Both the position numbers and the translations under genes were made by a program. Shown here in pieces: positions 18,358-31,921 of a stretch of 64,000 nucleotides of DNA. Within the stretch, counting starts at the first letter, position 1; each line of letters begins with the position of its first letter. The notes beneath the pieces are model-generated. The model searched no databases and was not told the DNA's origin. It worked only from the letters and a program-made list of their open reading frames with translations. The stretch covers positions 559,956-623,955 of the forward strand of contig CAVSGZ010000013.1 in assembly GCA_963727765.1 (NCBI GenBank), given 5' to 3'. This DNA is from an uncultured Acidobacteriota bacterium (GTDB taxonomy: Bacteria > Acidobacteriota > Vicinamibacteria > Vicinamibacterales > Fen-181).

Positions 18358-21300
18358 TTACTTCGAACCGAGAAGTTCGCTCAAGACCCGCTGAACCCGC
18401 GTGAGCACGCCGTCTGGGCTCCGCGGGTCCTCTTTTTCCGGCCGGAGGATCGCGTCTTTGCTGAACCCTGGCCGCACCACGTCCTCGGTCGCGCGGGCGG
18501 TCCACCACGACCGGGCGGTCGGACCAAGCCGCCCGGGCACCGGGCGCTGGCCGGGGCGCGGCCTTCCCGCCGGCGCCGCGCTGGCCGGCGTGCGGCTGAC
18601 CAGGCCTGACCGGTTCGGGCCCGTGAGCGCCCTCGCCGGCGTCCAGTTCAGGTCGAGCTTCAAGCTCGACGGCGGCGCGAGCGAAACCTCCGGGTGGTCC
18701 CCGACCAGCCGGAGGACGCGCTGCGGGTCTGGCCCCCCCTGGCCCTTGAACGTAAAGACGACGGTCGAGCCCTGACGGTCGATCGATTCGACGCCCAGGC
18801 GGTCCGCGGTGATTCGGATCCGGCCGTAGTCGATGAGGTTCAGCACCTGCTCGGGCACGGGGCCGTAGCGGTCGATCGCCTCCTCGACGATCTCCTCGAG
18901 CTCCCTCTCCTTCCGCGCGGCGGCGACCCGGCGGTAGAGCGCGAGCCGCTGGGCCTGTTCGGGTACGTAGCGGCTGTCGACGCGCAGGTCGACGTTGAGG
19001 TTGACCGTCGCGCGCGTCTCGTCCTCGATCTCCTCGCCCCTCAGCTCGCGCACCGCCTGCTCGAGCAGTTTCATGTACATCTCGAAGCCGATCGCCTCGA
19101 TGTGGCCGCTCTGCTCGCCGCCCAGCAGGTTGCCGGCCCCGCGGATCTCCAGGTCGAGCGCCGCCACGCGGAACCCGCTCCCGAGGTCCGAGAACTCGCG
19201 GATGGCCGCCAGGCGCTTGCGGGCGACGGGCGACAGCGTGTTCCCCGGCGGGACCAGCAGGTAGGCGTAGGCCGGCCGGTCCGATCGCCCGACGCGCCCG
19301 CGCAGCTGGTAGAGCTGCGAGAGGCCGTAGCGGTCGGCCCGGTTGATCAGGATCGTGTTGACGTTCGGAATGTCGAGGCCATTCTCGACAATGGTGGTGG
19401 CCAGCAGGACGTCGAACTTGCGCGCGACGAAATCCACCATCGCGCGCTCGAGCGCCTCCTCGCCCATCTGGCCGTGGCCGACGACCACCCTCGCCTCCGG
19501 CACCAGCCGCGTCAGCAGGTTGCCGATCGAGTAAATCGACTCGACCCGGTTGTGGACGAAGTAGACCTGCCCGCCCCGCGCCAGCTCGCTCCGGACCACG
19601 CGCGCGATGAGCGGCTGGTCGAAGCGCACGACGTTGGTCTGGATGGCGAGGCGGTCCTTGGGCGGCGTCTCGATCACCGACATGTCGCGGATGCCGACCA
19701 TCGACATGTTGAGCGTCCTCGGGATCGGCGTCGCGGTCATCGTCAGCACGTCGACGCGCCGGCGCAGATGCTTGATGCGCTCCTTGTGGGCGACGCCGAA
19801 GCGCTGCTCCTCGTCGACCACCAGCAGGCCGAGGTCCTTGAAGACGACGTCTTTCGACAGCAGGCGGTGCGTCCCGACGATGACGTCCACGCGGCCGTCG
19901 GCGAGGTCGGCGAGCGCCTGCTTGATCTCCCCTCGCGTGCGGAACCGGCTCACCATGACGATGCGGATCGGGAAGCCGGCGAATCGCTCCCGCAGCGTCT
20001 TGAGGTGCTGGAAGGCGAGCACGGTGGTCGGCGCCAGAATCGCCACTTGCTTGCCGTCCATCACCACCTTGAATGCCGCCCGCATCGCCACCTCGGTCTT
20101 CCCGTAGCCGACGTCGCCACACAGCAGTCGATCCATCGGCGTGGGCGACTCCATGTCAGCCTTGATGTCGGCGATGGCCGCCCGCTGATCGACGGTCAAC
20201 TCGTAGGGGAACGCCCCCTCGAATTCCTCCTGCCAGTGCGTATCGGGCGCGAACGCGTGGCCGGCCATCGCCTTGCGCGCCGCATAGAGCTTGAGCAGCT
20301 CCTCGGCCATGTCGCGCATGGCCTTCTTGACGCGGGTTTTCGCCCGTTCCCACGTCGTGCCGCCGAGGCGATCGAGCGGCGGCCGGCTCGCGCCGGTGTA
20401 CTTCTGCAGCAGGTCGAGCCGCTCGACCGGGACGAACAGCTTGTCGTCGCCCGCGTAGCGCAGCTCCAGGAATTCCTGCGTCGTCTGGCTGTAGGGGTCG
20501 CTGGCGATCTGGCGCAGGCCGGCGAACCGCCCGATGCCGTGATCCACGTGGACGACGAAGTCGCCCGCCTTCAGGTCGCGGAAGTCTGACAGGAAGGCGC
20601 GGGCCGCCGAGCGCCGGCGCTCCGACGGCGCGCGCTCCTCCTCGAAGACATCGGTCTCGGCCACGACCTCGAGGCCGACATCCGGCAGGCGGAAGCCGCG
20701 CGAGAGGCTGCCGGTCGCCACGAGCACGGAGGCGGCGTGCGCCATCTCCCCGCGCGCCTCGGCATTCCCGCTGCTCCGGGGATCGAAGAAGACCGGCAGG
20801 GCCAGCAAATCGTAGTCGCGAAGCAGCTCGACGACGCGCTCGGCGCGGCCCGGCGTGGCGGCGACGAAGAGCACGGTCTCCGCGGCGTGGCGCGCGCGAC
20901 GCACCGCCTCGACGAAATCGCCGATGCGGCCGCGGAACTCCACGGCCGGCTGGCAGCGGACGGCCAGTTCGCCACGAGGCCGGCGGCCGGCCGCGGCTGA
21001 CGCGCCCTCCGGGCCCGCGTCAGCCGGCGCGCCGCCGCTGATCCCCAATTCATCGACGATGGTCGCCAGGTCGATCCAGGCGTCGATCTCGTCGAGCGCG
21101 TGGAAGATCCGCTCCGGTCCCGGCGCGGCCACGCCGCGCCCGGTGACGTCCCGCCAGCTCGCCGCGTACTGCTCGAGCGCCCGTTCCGCGCGCGCGTGGA
21201 CCTCCTCGGCTTCGCAGACAAGCAGCAGCGGGCGCCCGACGTAGTCGAGCAGCGACGCCGAGCGGTCGCCGCCCAGGTCCAACGCGTCGGGTAACGGCGG

Positions 21301-22206
21301 CTGGTCCCCGACGTCGTCCTGTTCCTCGCCACCGGCTTCCTCGCTCGACACGTCATCGTCGTCCCACCCGGCGGAGGCTGCATCCTCGGCGGGTAGAAGC
21401 TCCCCCCCTCCGCCTGCGAAAGCGTCTCCCGTCCCTCGTCCCTCGCCCCTCGCCCCTTCGTTGCTGAACACCTCGCGCAACGGGACGATGCTGAAGCGGT
21501 CGACTTCGCCGACCGATCGCTGAGTGGCCGGGTCGAAGGCGCGAATCGACTCGACGGCGTCGCCGGCTAGGTCGAGACGAAACGGCTGGGCGCTGCCGGC
21601 AGGGAAGATGTCGATGACGCCGCCACGGATGCAGAACTCGCCGTGGGCATCCACCGGGTCCTGGCGCGTGAAGCCGGCATCGACCAGCAGCGACGCGAGC
21701 GCGTAGGGATCGACCTCGTCGCCGGTCTTCACCTCCCGCGATGCAGCCAGCAGCCGACGGGCGGCGCTCACCCTGGGCAGCAGGGCCGTTGCCGACGCGA
21801 CAATGACCCGCGCCGTGCCGGTGGCGGCGGCGTGGAGTGCGCGGGTGCGCGCGGAGAGCACGCCGAGGTGCGGCGCCAGGCCGCGGTACGGGTCGACTTC
21901 GTGCGAGGGAAACGGCAGCACCGACTGGCCAGCCGCGGCGTCCGAGAGCCCTTCGAGCGCCGCCAGGAAGAAGCGGACGTCGCCGCTCACCTGCTCGACG
22001 TCGGCGTCGGTCGGCACGACGGCGACGATGGTCGCCACGGCCGCGCCGGTTGGCGTCAGCCTGGCGTCCCGGTTCGCGGCGGCCGCGAGGAAGAGGGCCC
22101 GCGCGGACGAGGAGAGGCCCGACACGCGCGCCAGGCCAGGCCCCGCGAAACCGGCGCGCGCGATCGCGCTCCTGAGCAACGTCTGGAGGGTCAGGGACGT
22201 GGACAC
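18358..22206 (-). CDS. mfd: Transcription-repair coupling factor
   Basis: RGGVIDIFP, GDFVVHVDHGIGRF, MDRLLCGDVGYGKTEVA, DEEQRFGV, QLRGRVGRS, DLEIRGAGNLLG. Confidence 0.96.
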   Translation of the reverse strand: MSTSLTLQTLLRSAIARAGFAGPGLARVSGLSSSARALFLAAAANRDARLTPTGAAVATIVAVVPTDADVEQVSGDVRFFLAALEGLSDAAAGQSVLPFPSHEVDPYRGLAPHLGVLSARTRALHAAATGTARVIVASATALLPRVSAARRLLAASREVKTGDEVDPYALASLLVDAGFTRQDPVDAHGEFCIRGGVIDIFPAGSAQPFRLDLAGDAVESIRAFDPATQRSVGEVDRFSIVPLREVFSNEGARGEGRGTGDAFAGGGGELLPAEDAASAGWDDDDVSSEEAGGEEQDDVGDQPPLPDALDLGGDRSASLLDYVGRPLLLVCEAEEVHARAERALEQYAASWRDVTGRGVAAPGPERIFHALDEIDAWIDLATIVDELGISGGAPADAGPEGASAAAGRRPRGELAVRCQPAVEFRGRIGDFVEAVRRARHAAETVLFVAATPGRAERVVELLRDYDLLALPVFFDPRSSGNAEARGEMAHAASVLVATGSLSRGFRLPDVGLEVVAETDVFEEERAPSERRRSAARAFLSDFRDLKAGDFVVHVDHGIGRFAGLRQIASDPYSQTTQEFLELRYAGDDKLFVPVERLDLLQKYTGASRPPLDRLGGTTWERAKTRVKKAMRDMAEELLKLYAARKAMAGHAFAPDTHWQEEFEGAFPYELTVDQRAAIADIKADMESPTPMDRLLCGDVGYGKTEVAMRAAFKVVMDGKQVAILAPTTVLAFQHLKTLRERFAGFPIRIVMVSRFRTRGEIKQALADLADGRVDVIVGTHRLLSKDVVFKDLGLLVVDEEQRFGVAHKERIKHLRRRVDVLTMTATPIPRTLNMSMVGIRDMSVIETPPKDRLAIQTNVVRFDQPLIARVVRSELARGGQVYFVHNRVESIYSIGNLLTRLVPEARVVVGHGQMGEEALERAMVDFVARKFDVLLATTIVENGLDIPNVNTILINRADRYGLSQLYQLRGRVGRSDRPAYAYLLVPPGNTLSPVARKRLAAIREFSDLGSGFRVAALDLEIRGAGNLLGGEQSGHIEAIGFEMYMKLLEQAVRELRGEEIEDETRATVNLNVDLRVDSRYVPEQAQRLALYRRVAAARKERELEEIVEEAIDRYGPVPEQVLNLIDYGRIRITADRLGVESIDRQGSTVVFTFKGQGGPDPQRVLRLVGDHPEVSLAPPSSLKLDLNWTPARALTGPNRSGLVSRTPASAAPAGRPRPGQRPVPGRLGPTARSWWTARATEDVVRPGFSKDAILRPEKEDPRSPDGVLTRVQRVLSELLGSK
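21424..21458. repeat. Heptamer tandem repeat inside mfd
   Basis: gtctccc gtccctc gtccctc gcccctc gcccctt. Confidence 0.7.
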
Positions 22207-22676
22207 GACACCCGGCTCCCGATCTTCTCGATCATACTCGTCGTCGAGAATCCGGGCGCGAAGGCGATGCGCACGACCCGGCCGCCCCGGGCCTCCACGA
22301 CGTCACGGCCGATGATCCGATCGGCCGCCCAGTCGGCCCCCTTCACGAGAACGTCTGGCTGGATCTCGGAGATGGCGGCGTGCGGGTCGTCCTCGTCGAA
22401 GATGACGACGGCATCGACCGCCGACAGCGCCGACAGGACCTCGGCGCGCTCGCGCTCCGGGTAGATGGGCCGGTTCGGTCCCTTGATGGCCCGCACCGAC
22501 CTGTCGGAGTTGACCGCGACGACGAGGGCGTCGCCCTGCGCGCGGGCCTCGGCCAGGTAGCGCACGTGGCCGGGGTGCAGGAGGTCGAACACGCCGTTGG
22601 TGAAGACCACCGTCTTGCCGGAGGCCTGCAGCGCGCCGGCCCAGGCGGCGGTTTCGGGACGGGTCAGGACAGGCAT
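22191..22676 (-). CDS. rfaE2: D-glycero-beta-D-manno-heptose 1-phosphate adenylyltransferase (HldC/RfaE domain II)
   Basis: VVFTNGVFDLLHPGHVRYL, VAVNSDRSV, PDVLVKGADW, GFSTT. Confidence 0.9.
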   Translation of the reverse strand: MPVLTRPETAAWAGALQASGKTVVFTNGVFDLLHPGHVRYLAEARAQGDALVVAVNSDRSVRAIKGPNRPIYPERERAEVLSALSAVDAVVIFDEDDPHAAISEIQPDVLVKGADWAADRIIGRDVVEARGGRVVRIAFAPGFSTTSMIEKIGSRVSCPRP

Positions 22677-22690
22677 GGCGGAAGTTTCGA

Positions 22691-23497
22691 CTACACGCTC
22701 ACCACGATGACCGTGATGTTGTCGGGGCCTCCGGCGAGGTTGGCGGCGTGCACGAGCGCGTCGCACACGGTGCCGCCAGGTGCCTTCCCGGCCCGGCCCG
22801 GGAGCCCCTGCGCCAGGATGCCCGCAATCTGCGCGTCGGTGAGCACGCCGCACAGGCCGTCGCTGCAGAGCAGCAGCGCGTCGCCCGCCCGGAGCGGGGC
22901 CCAGCCGAATTCGGAGACCGGTTCGGGGCCTCCGGTCAGCGCGCGCGTGAGCAGGTTCCGCCTGGGGTGGCGCCAGGCGTCCTGCTCGCTGATGATGCCG
23001 GCGCGCAGTTGCTCCTCCACCCACGAGTGGTCGCGCGTGAGCCGGTCCAGCTGGTCCGCCCGCCAGCGGTACACGCGGCTGTCGCCGACGTGGCCAATCG
23101 TGGCGCCGCCGACCGGCTCGCGCACGCCCGCCGTGTCGGCCTCGAAGAGCACCGCGGCGATCGTGGTGGCCATGCTGGCGCGCCCGCGCGTGCCGGCGCC
23201 CTCGGCTCGAAGGCGCAGGTTGGCCTGGTGCAGCGCCCAGTTGAGGCGGTTGCCATCGATGCCGAGCGACGCCTGGTAGTCGAACGGCCACGGGGTGCGC
23301 TCGGTCCAGCCGCGCGTCTGCTCGATCGCCTGCTCGACCGCGTCGATGGCGGCGCGCGAGGCGACCTCGCCGGCGTCGTGGCCGCCGACGCCGTCGGCGA
23401 CCGCGAACAGCCCGAGGTCCGGGCGCGCGCAGTAGCTGTCTTCGTTGATCTCCCGGCGGACGCCGGCGTGCGTGGTGGCGCAGAAGGACAGCGGCAT
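22691..23497 (-). CDS. PP2C-family Ser/Thr protein phosphatase (Stp1/PrpC type)
   Basis: THAGVRREINED, AVADGVGGHDAGEVAS, HVGDSRVY, TRDHS, LCSDGL, GGPDNITVI. Confidence 0.92.
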   Translation of the reverse strand: MPLSFCATTHAGVRREINEDSYCARPDLGLFAVADGVGGHDAGEVASRAAIDAVEQAIEQTRGWTERTPWPFDYQASLGIDGNRLNWALHQANLRLRAEGAGTRGRASMATTIAAVLFEADTAGVREPVGGATIGHVGDSRVYRWRADQLDRLTRDHSWVEEQLRAGIISEQDAWRHPRRNLLTRALTGGPEPVSEFGWAPLRAGDALLLCSDGLCGVLTDAQIAGILAQGLPGRAGKAPGGTVCDALVHAANLAGGPDNITVIVVSV

Positions 23498-23508
23498 GGC
23501 CCGCCTGC

Positions 23509-23931
23509 CTATCCTCGGGTGCGGGCCCGACCCGCCACGTTCAGCCGTGTCAGGGCTTTCATCAGGGCGACGCGGGCTCGCTCGAGGTCCTGGTCCCGCT
23601 GGCGCGAGGCCAGCCGCTGCTCGGCCCGCTGACGCGCCGCCTGCGCGCGGTCCACGTCGATCTCCTCGGCGCGCTCGGCGATCTGCGCGAGGATGACCAC
23701 CCGGTCGGGCAGCACCTCGGCCAGGCCGAACGCCACTGAGAGATAGAACTTCTCGATCCCCTTCCGGTACCACAGCTGGCCGACCTGCAGCATCGAGAGC
23801 AGCGGGGTGTGGCCCGGCAGCACGCCGAAGTAGCCTTCGGTGCCCGGCACCTGGACCTCGTCCACCTGGTCGTGGACGATGGCCCGGTCCGGCGTGACGA
23901 TCTCGAGGGCGAGATGCGCGGGGAGTGCCAT
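23509..23931 (-). CDS. atpC: ATP synthase F1 epsilon subunit
   Basis: LEIVTPDR...PGTEGYFGVLPGHTP...AEEIDVDRA. Confidence 0.95.
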   Translation of the reverse strand: MALPAHLALEIVTPDRAIVHDQVDEVQVPGTEGYFGVLPGHTPLLSMLQVGQLWYRKGIEKFYLSVAFGLAEVLPDRVVILAQIAERAEEIDVDRAQAARQRAEQRLASRQRDQDLERARVALMKALTRLNVAGRARTRG

Positions 23932-23934
23932 GGC

Positions 23935-26261
<2,327 letters not shown>

Positions 26262-26285
26262 TGGGCGTCTTCGGCTCCCCTCCGA

Positions 26286-27809
<1,524 letters not shown>

Positions 27810-27816
27810 ATGCGAT

Positions 27817-28362
27817 TTACGTCGCGCTGGTCAACGCGTCCTTCATCTTCTCGAGCTGCCGCTTCACGCTGCCGTCGTACACCACGCTGCCGATCTTCGT
27901 CACGACGCCCCCAATGAGCGCGGCGTCGACGCGGGCGGTCATCGTCACCTGGCGGCCGGTCCGCTGCTCGATCGCGCGCCCGATCGCCTCGGCCGTGCCC
28001 GCCGGAAGCGGCACCGCGCTGGTCACCTCGGCCCGGACGACGTTCAGCAGATCGAGCAGCCGGCTTCGGTACTCCTCGAGCACCTCCGGCAGCAGGACCA
28101 GCCGGTCGCGCCCGGCCAGCAGGACGACGAGCTTCCTCACGATCGGGCCGATCTCGGCCCGCGCGGCCAGGTCTCCGACCAGGGCCACCTTGCGCTGGAC
28201 CGGGATCGACGGGTTGGCGAACACGCGCGCGAGCGGCTCGTAGCTGGCCGCGAGCGAGACGAACGCCGCGAGATCGCGCTCGACCGCCTGCGGGTCCCCC
28301 TCCGCCCGGCTCACGTCGAGCAGCGCCTTCGCATAGCGGGCGGCGGAACTGCGATTGGTCAT
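27817..28362 (-). CDS. atpH: ATP synthase F1 delta subunit
   Basis: AARYAKAL...VTSAVPL...[21 protein letters not shown]. Confidence 0.93.
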   Translation of the reverse strand: MTNRSSAARYAKALLDVSRAEGDPQAVERDLAAFVSLAASYEPLARVFANPSIPVQRKVALVGDLAARAEIGPIVRKLVVLLAGRDRLVLLPEVLEEYRSRLLDLLNVVRAEVTSAVPLPAGTAEAIGRAIEQRTGRQVTMTARVDAALIGGVVTKIGSVVYDGSVKRQLEKMKDALTSAT

Positions 28363-28384
28363 CCTGGTCGGCTCTCGACATCGC

Positions 28385-28453
28385 GGCGCAGGGCTGAAGC
28401 CCTGCGCTATCCCTTGTCAGTACCCGGATAGCGCAGGCCTTCAGGCCTGCGCC
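28385..28453. repeat. REP-like inverted doublet overlapping the atpF stop codon
   Basis: ggcgcagggctgaagccctgcgctatcc (28385-28412) and inverted copy ggatagcgcaggccttcaggcctgcgcc (28426-28453), each a hairpin. Confidence 0.8.
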
Positions 28454-29166
28454 CTCGGCCCGCGTCCCGTCTCTTCTCCGACCTGCGCCACGTACCGGTC
28501 GACGAGTCGCGCCTGGTCGGCGTCGGTGATCGCCTGCTTGACGCGCTCGGTGGCGACGGCGACGGCCAGTTCGCCGGCGCGCGTCTTCAGGTCGCGCTCC
28601 GCGACGCGCAGCTCGGTCTCGATCTCTCGCCTGGCCCGATCGAGCAGGCGCTGGCGCTCGGCCTCCGCCTGGACTCGGATGCGCGCCTCCTCGGCCGCGA
28701 CTTCTTCCTGGCCCCGTCGTCCGAGCGCCTCGATCTCGCCGGGCAGTGCCGTCATCCTGGCGTCGATCTCCGACATCTGCAGGCCGGCCTCCGCCTTGAG
28801 TTCCGCGGCCCGGCTCAGGTCGCTGCGCACCTGGATGCGGCGCTGCTCGAGATACGCCAGGAGCGGAGATCGCAGGAAATAGACCAGGCCCCCGGCCAGG
28901 ATCGCGAAGTTGAACAGCCGTCCCATGACGGCCCACACCGATTCGCCGTGCTCCGCCGCGGGCTGTTCGGCCTGCGGCGCCTGCGCTTCAGCCGCGGGCG
29001 GTGCGCCGGACTCCGGACGACTGGCGGCCACCGCCGCAACGGCCGGGCCGCAGAGCGTGCACACGACGAGGGCCACCACGGCCGCCACGCCGGCCACCCG
29101 GTGGCGTGCGGCGCGGTCGGTCGGCGTCGGGAAGATCGAGGATGGTCTGGCCGGAATGCGGGTCAA
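28441..29166 (-). CDS. atpF: ATP synthase F0 subunit b (start uncertain)
   Basis: GRLFNFAILAGGLVYFLRSPL TM segment followed by a coiled coil; position before atpH. Confidence 0.85.
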   Translation of the reverse strand: MTRIPARPSSIFPTPTDRAARHRVAGVAAVVALVVCTLCGPAVAAVAASRPESGAPPAAEAQAPQAEQPAAEHGESVWAVMGRLFNFAILAGGLVYFLRSPLLAYLEQRRIQVRSDLSRAAELKAEAGLQMSEIDARMTALPGEIEALGRRGQEEVAAEEARIRVQAEAERQRLLDRARREIETELRVAERDLKTRAGELAVAVATERVKQAITDADQARLVDRYVAQVGEETGRGPRAQA

Positions 29167-29170
29167 CGGG

Positions 29171-29596
29171 TCACGACACTTTCCGATCGAGCACGCGTTC
29201 GACGATGGCCTCGCCGAGAGCATTGGCCTCCTTCTCGAGCTGCGCCCGCGCCGCGCCGGCCTGCGTCTTCAGGCGCGCGCTGGCCTCGGCGACCTGGGCC
29301 TCGACCTCCTGGCGCGTCTGCGCCATCAGCGCGGCCCGCGTGTCGCCGGCCTCCCGGCGCTTCTCGTCCATCTCGCGGTAGATCTCGGCCTGCGCCGCCT
29401 TCGTGCGCCGCTCGAACTCGGCCGCCGCCTCGCGCGCCCTCTCGGCGGCCGCCTGCGCCGCGTCCCGGGCGGAGCGGATCGCCGCCTCGCGCTCCCGCAT
29501 GACGCGCCCGACCGGACGAAAGAGCCCGCGGTCGAGCACGACCACCACGAGCAGCACGATGAGGATGACCCAGAAGGTGGCGAGACCCGGCAGCAC
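29171..29596 (-). CDS. ATP synthase F0 subunit b'
   Basis: N-terminal TM, LFRPVGRVMRERE, long coiled coil, ends IVERVLDRKVS; GGAGG upstream. Confidence 0.85.
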   Translation of the reverse strand: MLPGLATFWVILIVLLVVVVLDRGLFRPVGRVMREREAAIRSARDAAQAAAERAREAAAEFERRTKAAQAEIYREMDEKRREAGDTRAALMAQTRQEVEAQVAEASARLKTQAGAARAQLEKEANALGEAIVERVLDRKVS

Positions 29597-29723
29597 CTGC
29601 GAGCACCTCCGTCCCGGACACGGCTTCGAGGCCGCGCCACGGGATCACCAGGATCCTGCGAGAGCCGAACAACGGGAAAACATTAACTTATACCACGACT
29701 TCCGAGCGGAATGGAACTCTCCT

Positions 29724-30758
29724 CTATCGCAGTTCGATGTCCGCGCCGGACGCGACGCGCGCGACACCGATGCGCGCCGCGGCGACGCCGGCCGCCGCGA
29801 ATGCCGCGGCCGCAGCGCCGGCCGCCGCCGGGTCCACGGCGGCCAGGAGGCCGCCCGAGGTCTGCGGATCGAAGAGGAGCGAGCGCGTCGCGGGATCCGT
29901 GCCGTCCAGCCCGCGCACGCCCTGGGCGAAGTACTGCTCGTTGGTCTTCATGCCGCCGGAGCGGTTGGCGGAGAGCTCGAGCGCCCCGCGGATGAGCGGG
30001 ATCGCGGCCACGTCCAGCGCGAGCGTCAGGCCGCTGCCCTGCGCCATCTCCGTCGCGTGGCCGAGCAGGCCGAACCCGGTGATGTCGGTGCAGGCGTGGA
30101 CGCTGCCGGGCGGCAGCGTCAGCAGGGCGCCTGCGGCCGCGCGGTTCAGCTCGAGCATCACCTCGATGGCGGCGTCCGCCGTGTCCGGCGCGGCGCGCTC
30201 GAACTTGATCGCCGTGGCGATGACGCCGGTGCCGATCGGCTTGGTCAGGAAGAGGACGTCTCCCGGCCGCGCGCCGGAGTTCCGCCAGACGGCGTCGGGG
30301 GAGACGACGCCGGTGACGGCGTAGCCGAACTTGATCTCGGGGTCCTGGACCGTGTGCCCGCCGAGCAGCGCCACGCCGGCCTCGCGCAGCTTGTGGAGGC
30401 CGCCAAGAAAGATCTCGCGGATGGTGGTCTCGTCGATCTCGTCTTTCGGGAAGCCGGCGATGGCCAGCGCGGTCAGCGGCCGGCCGCCCATGGCGTAGAC
30501 GTCGCTGAGCGCGTTGGCGGCGGCGATGGCGCCGTAGGTGGCGGGGTCGTCGACGACGGGGGTGAAGAAGTCGACGGTCTGGACCAGGGCGGCTCCCTCG
30601 TCCCACCGGTACACACCGGCATCGTCCGCGGTCCTGAAATCGACCAGGATGCGGTCGTCGCGCTGCGGCGGAATGTGGCCCAGGACCTGGGCCAGCTCGC
30701 CCGCGGCGAGCTTGCTGGCTCAACCCGAGCAGCTGGTCATCTGGGTCAGGCGTTTCAT
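29724..30758 (-). CDS. selD: Selenide, water dikinase, selenoprotein form (UGA codon 13 = Sec)
   Basis: GGAGAGG SD; MKRLTQMTSCSG-TGA-ASKL in frame with DDAGVY, VQTVDFFTP, NALSDVYAMGG, TDITGFGLLGH, DPQTSGGLL. Confidence 0.93.
30676..30712 (-). promoter_or_regulatory. Putative bacterial SECIS hairpin(s)
   Basis: mRNA after the UGA: AGCUCGCC-GCG-GGCGAGCU, then UGGCCCAG-GUC-CUGGGCCA (apical G/GU about 33 nt from the UGA). Confidence 0.65.
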
Positions 30759-30963
30759 GGATCCTCTCCGGTTCACGCCTTGCGACTGACGCCCTGCGGC
30801 TCGGGGCCCGGGCCCGGAGGCTTCACGGCTCGGGCCCGCTCGCCGTCGCGTCACAATGACCACATAGTCATTAGAGTGACCCTGCGGTCACCCTGCCGAC
30901 CAAGCGGTCTTTCGTCCGAACCGACCACACACTCGAAGGCGCCGATTGACAAGCGTCCGCTCT

Positions 30964-31048
30964 GATTCCTCTGCGTCAGCGCCGATTCCTCCGCGTCAGT
31001 GCCGATTCCTCACCGTCAGCCCCGATTCCTCTGCGTCAGTTCCGACTA
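30964..31048 (+). repeat. 20-bp tandem repeat array (4 units), orphan copy supplying the parB stop
   Basis: gattcctctgcgtcagcgcc / gattcctccgcgtcagtgcc / gattcctcaccgtcagcccc / gattcctctgcgtcagttcc / gacta. Confidence 0.92.
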
Positions 31049-31900
31049 TCTGCGATTAAGGGCCTCGTAGAGCCGCTGCAGTTCGTCCTCGGACTTGAAG
31101 TCGATCTCGATGCGGCCGCCCTTCCGGGCGCGGATGATGCGGACCGGTGCACCGAGTGCGAGCCGAAGCTCCTGCTCGGCGGCGCGTGTGTGGACGTCGG
31201 CGACCGCGGCGGTCTTGGACTTGGGCGGCGCGAGCAGGCGCTTGACGAGTGTCTCGGTCTGGCGAACCGACAGTTGCCTGGTGACGACGGTGGCGGCCGT
31301 CTTGGCGATGGCGGTTTCGGACTCGAGGCCGAGCAGCGCTCTCGCGTGGCCCATCGAGAGGGCGCCCGAGGCGACCTGCTCGCGGACGGCGAGCGGGAGG
31401 CGGAGCAGGCGCAGCGTGTTGGCGATCGAGGACCGGTCCTTCCCCATCGCCTCGGCGATCTGCTCCTGCGTGAAATCGAACCCGTCGATCATCTGCCGGT
31501 AGCCGAGCGCCTCTTCGATCGGGTTCAGGTCCTTGCGCTGCAGGTTCTCGATGAGCGCCATTTGCAGGAGCCGGCTGTCCTGCCCCGATTCGACGTCCTT
31601 CACGATGACCGGAACTTTGAGCAGGCCGGCGTGCTGGGCCGCGCGCCATCGTCGCTCGCCCGCGATGATCTGGAAGCCCGAGCCGTCGTGCCGGACGAGG
31701 ATCGGCTGGATGATGCCGTTGGCGCGGATCGACCGCGCGAGTTCCTCGATGTCGGCCCGTTCGACGTGCGCTCGCGGCTGGAACCGGTTGGGGGACAACC
31801 GGTCGATGTCGATCTCGAGCAGTGCGTTGCGCGGCTCGGGCGGCGCATCCGGGATGAGGGCGCTCAGGCCTTTGCCGAGCGCTGGGCGTTTCTCTGCCAT
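31046..31900 (-). CDS. parB: Chromosome partitioning protein ParB/Spo0J
   Basis: ALGKGLSALI, PNRFQPR, IIAGERRWRAA, ALIENLQRKDLNPIEEA. Confidence 0.96.
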   Translation of the reverse strand: MAEKRPALGKGLSALIPDAPPEPRNALLEIDIDRLSPNRFQPRAHVERADIEELARSIRANGIIQPILVRHDGSGFQIIAGERRWRAAQHAGLLKVPVIVKDVESGQDSRLLQMALIENLQRKDLNPIEEALGYRQMIDGFDFTQEQIAEAMGKDRSSIANTLRLLRLPLAVREQVASGALSMGHARALLGLESETAIAKTAATVVTRQLSVRQTETLVKRLLAPPKSKTAAVADVHTRAAEQELRLALGAPVRIIRARKGGRIEIDFKSEDELQRLYEALNRR

Positions 31901-31921
31901 GGCTGCTCTCGCTTCCAGTTC

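Noticed and set aside
30614-30758. selD pseudogene or short start at 30614
   Set aside because: The TGA is at the known Sec position with an SD, a conserved N-terminus and a SECIS-like hairpin.
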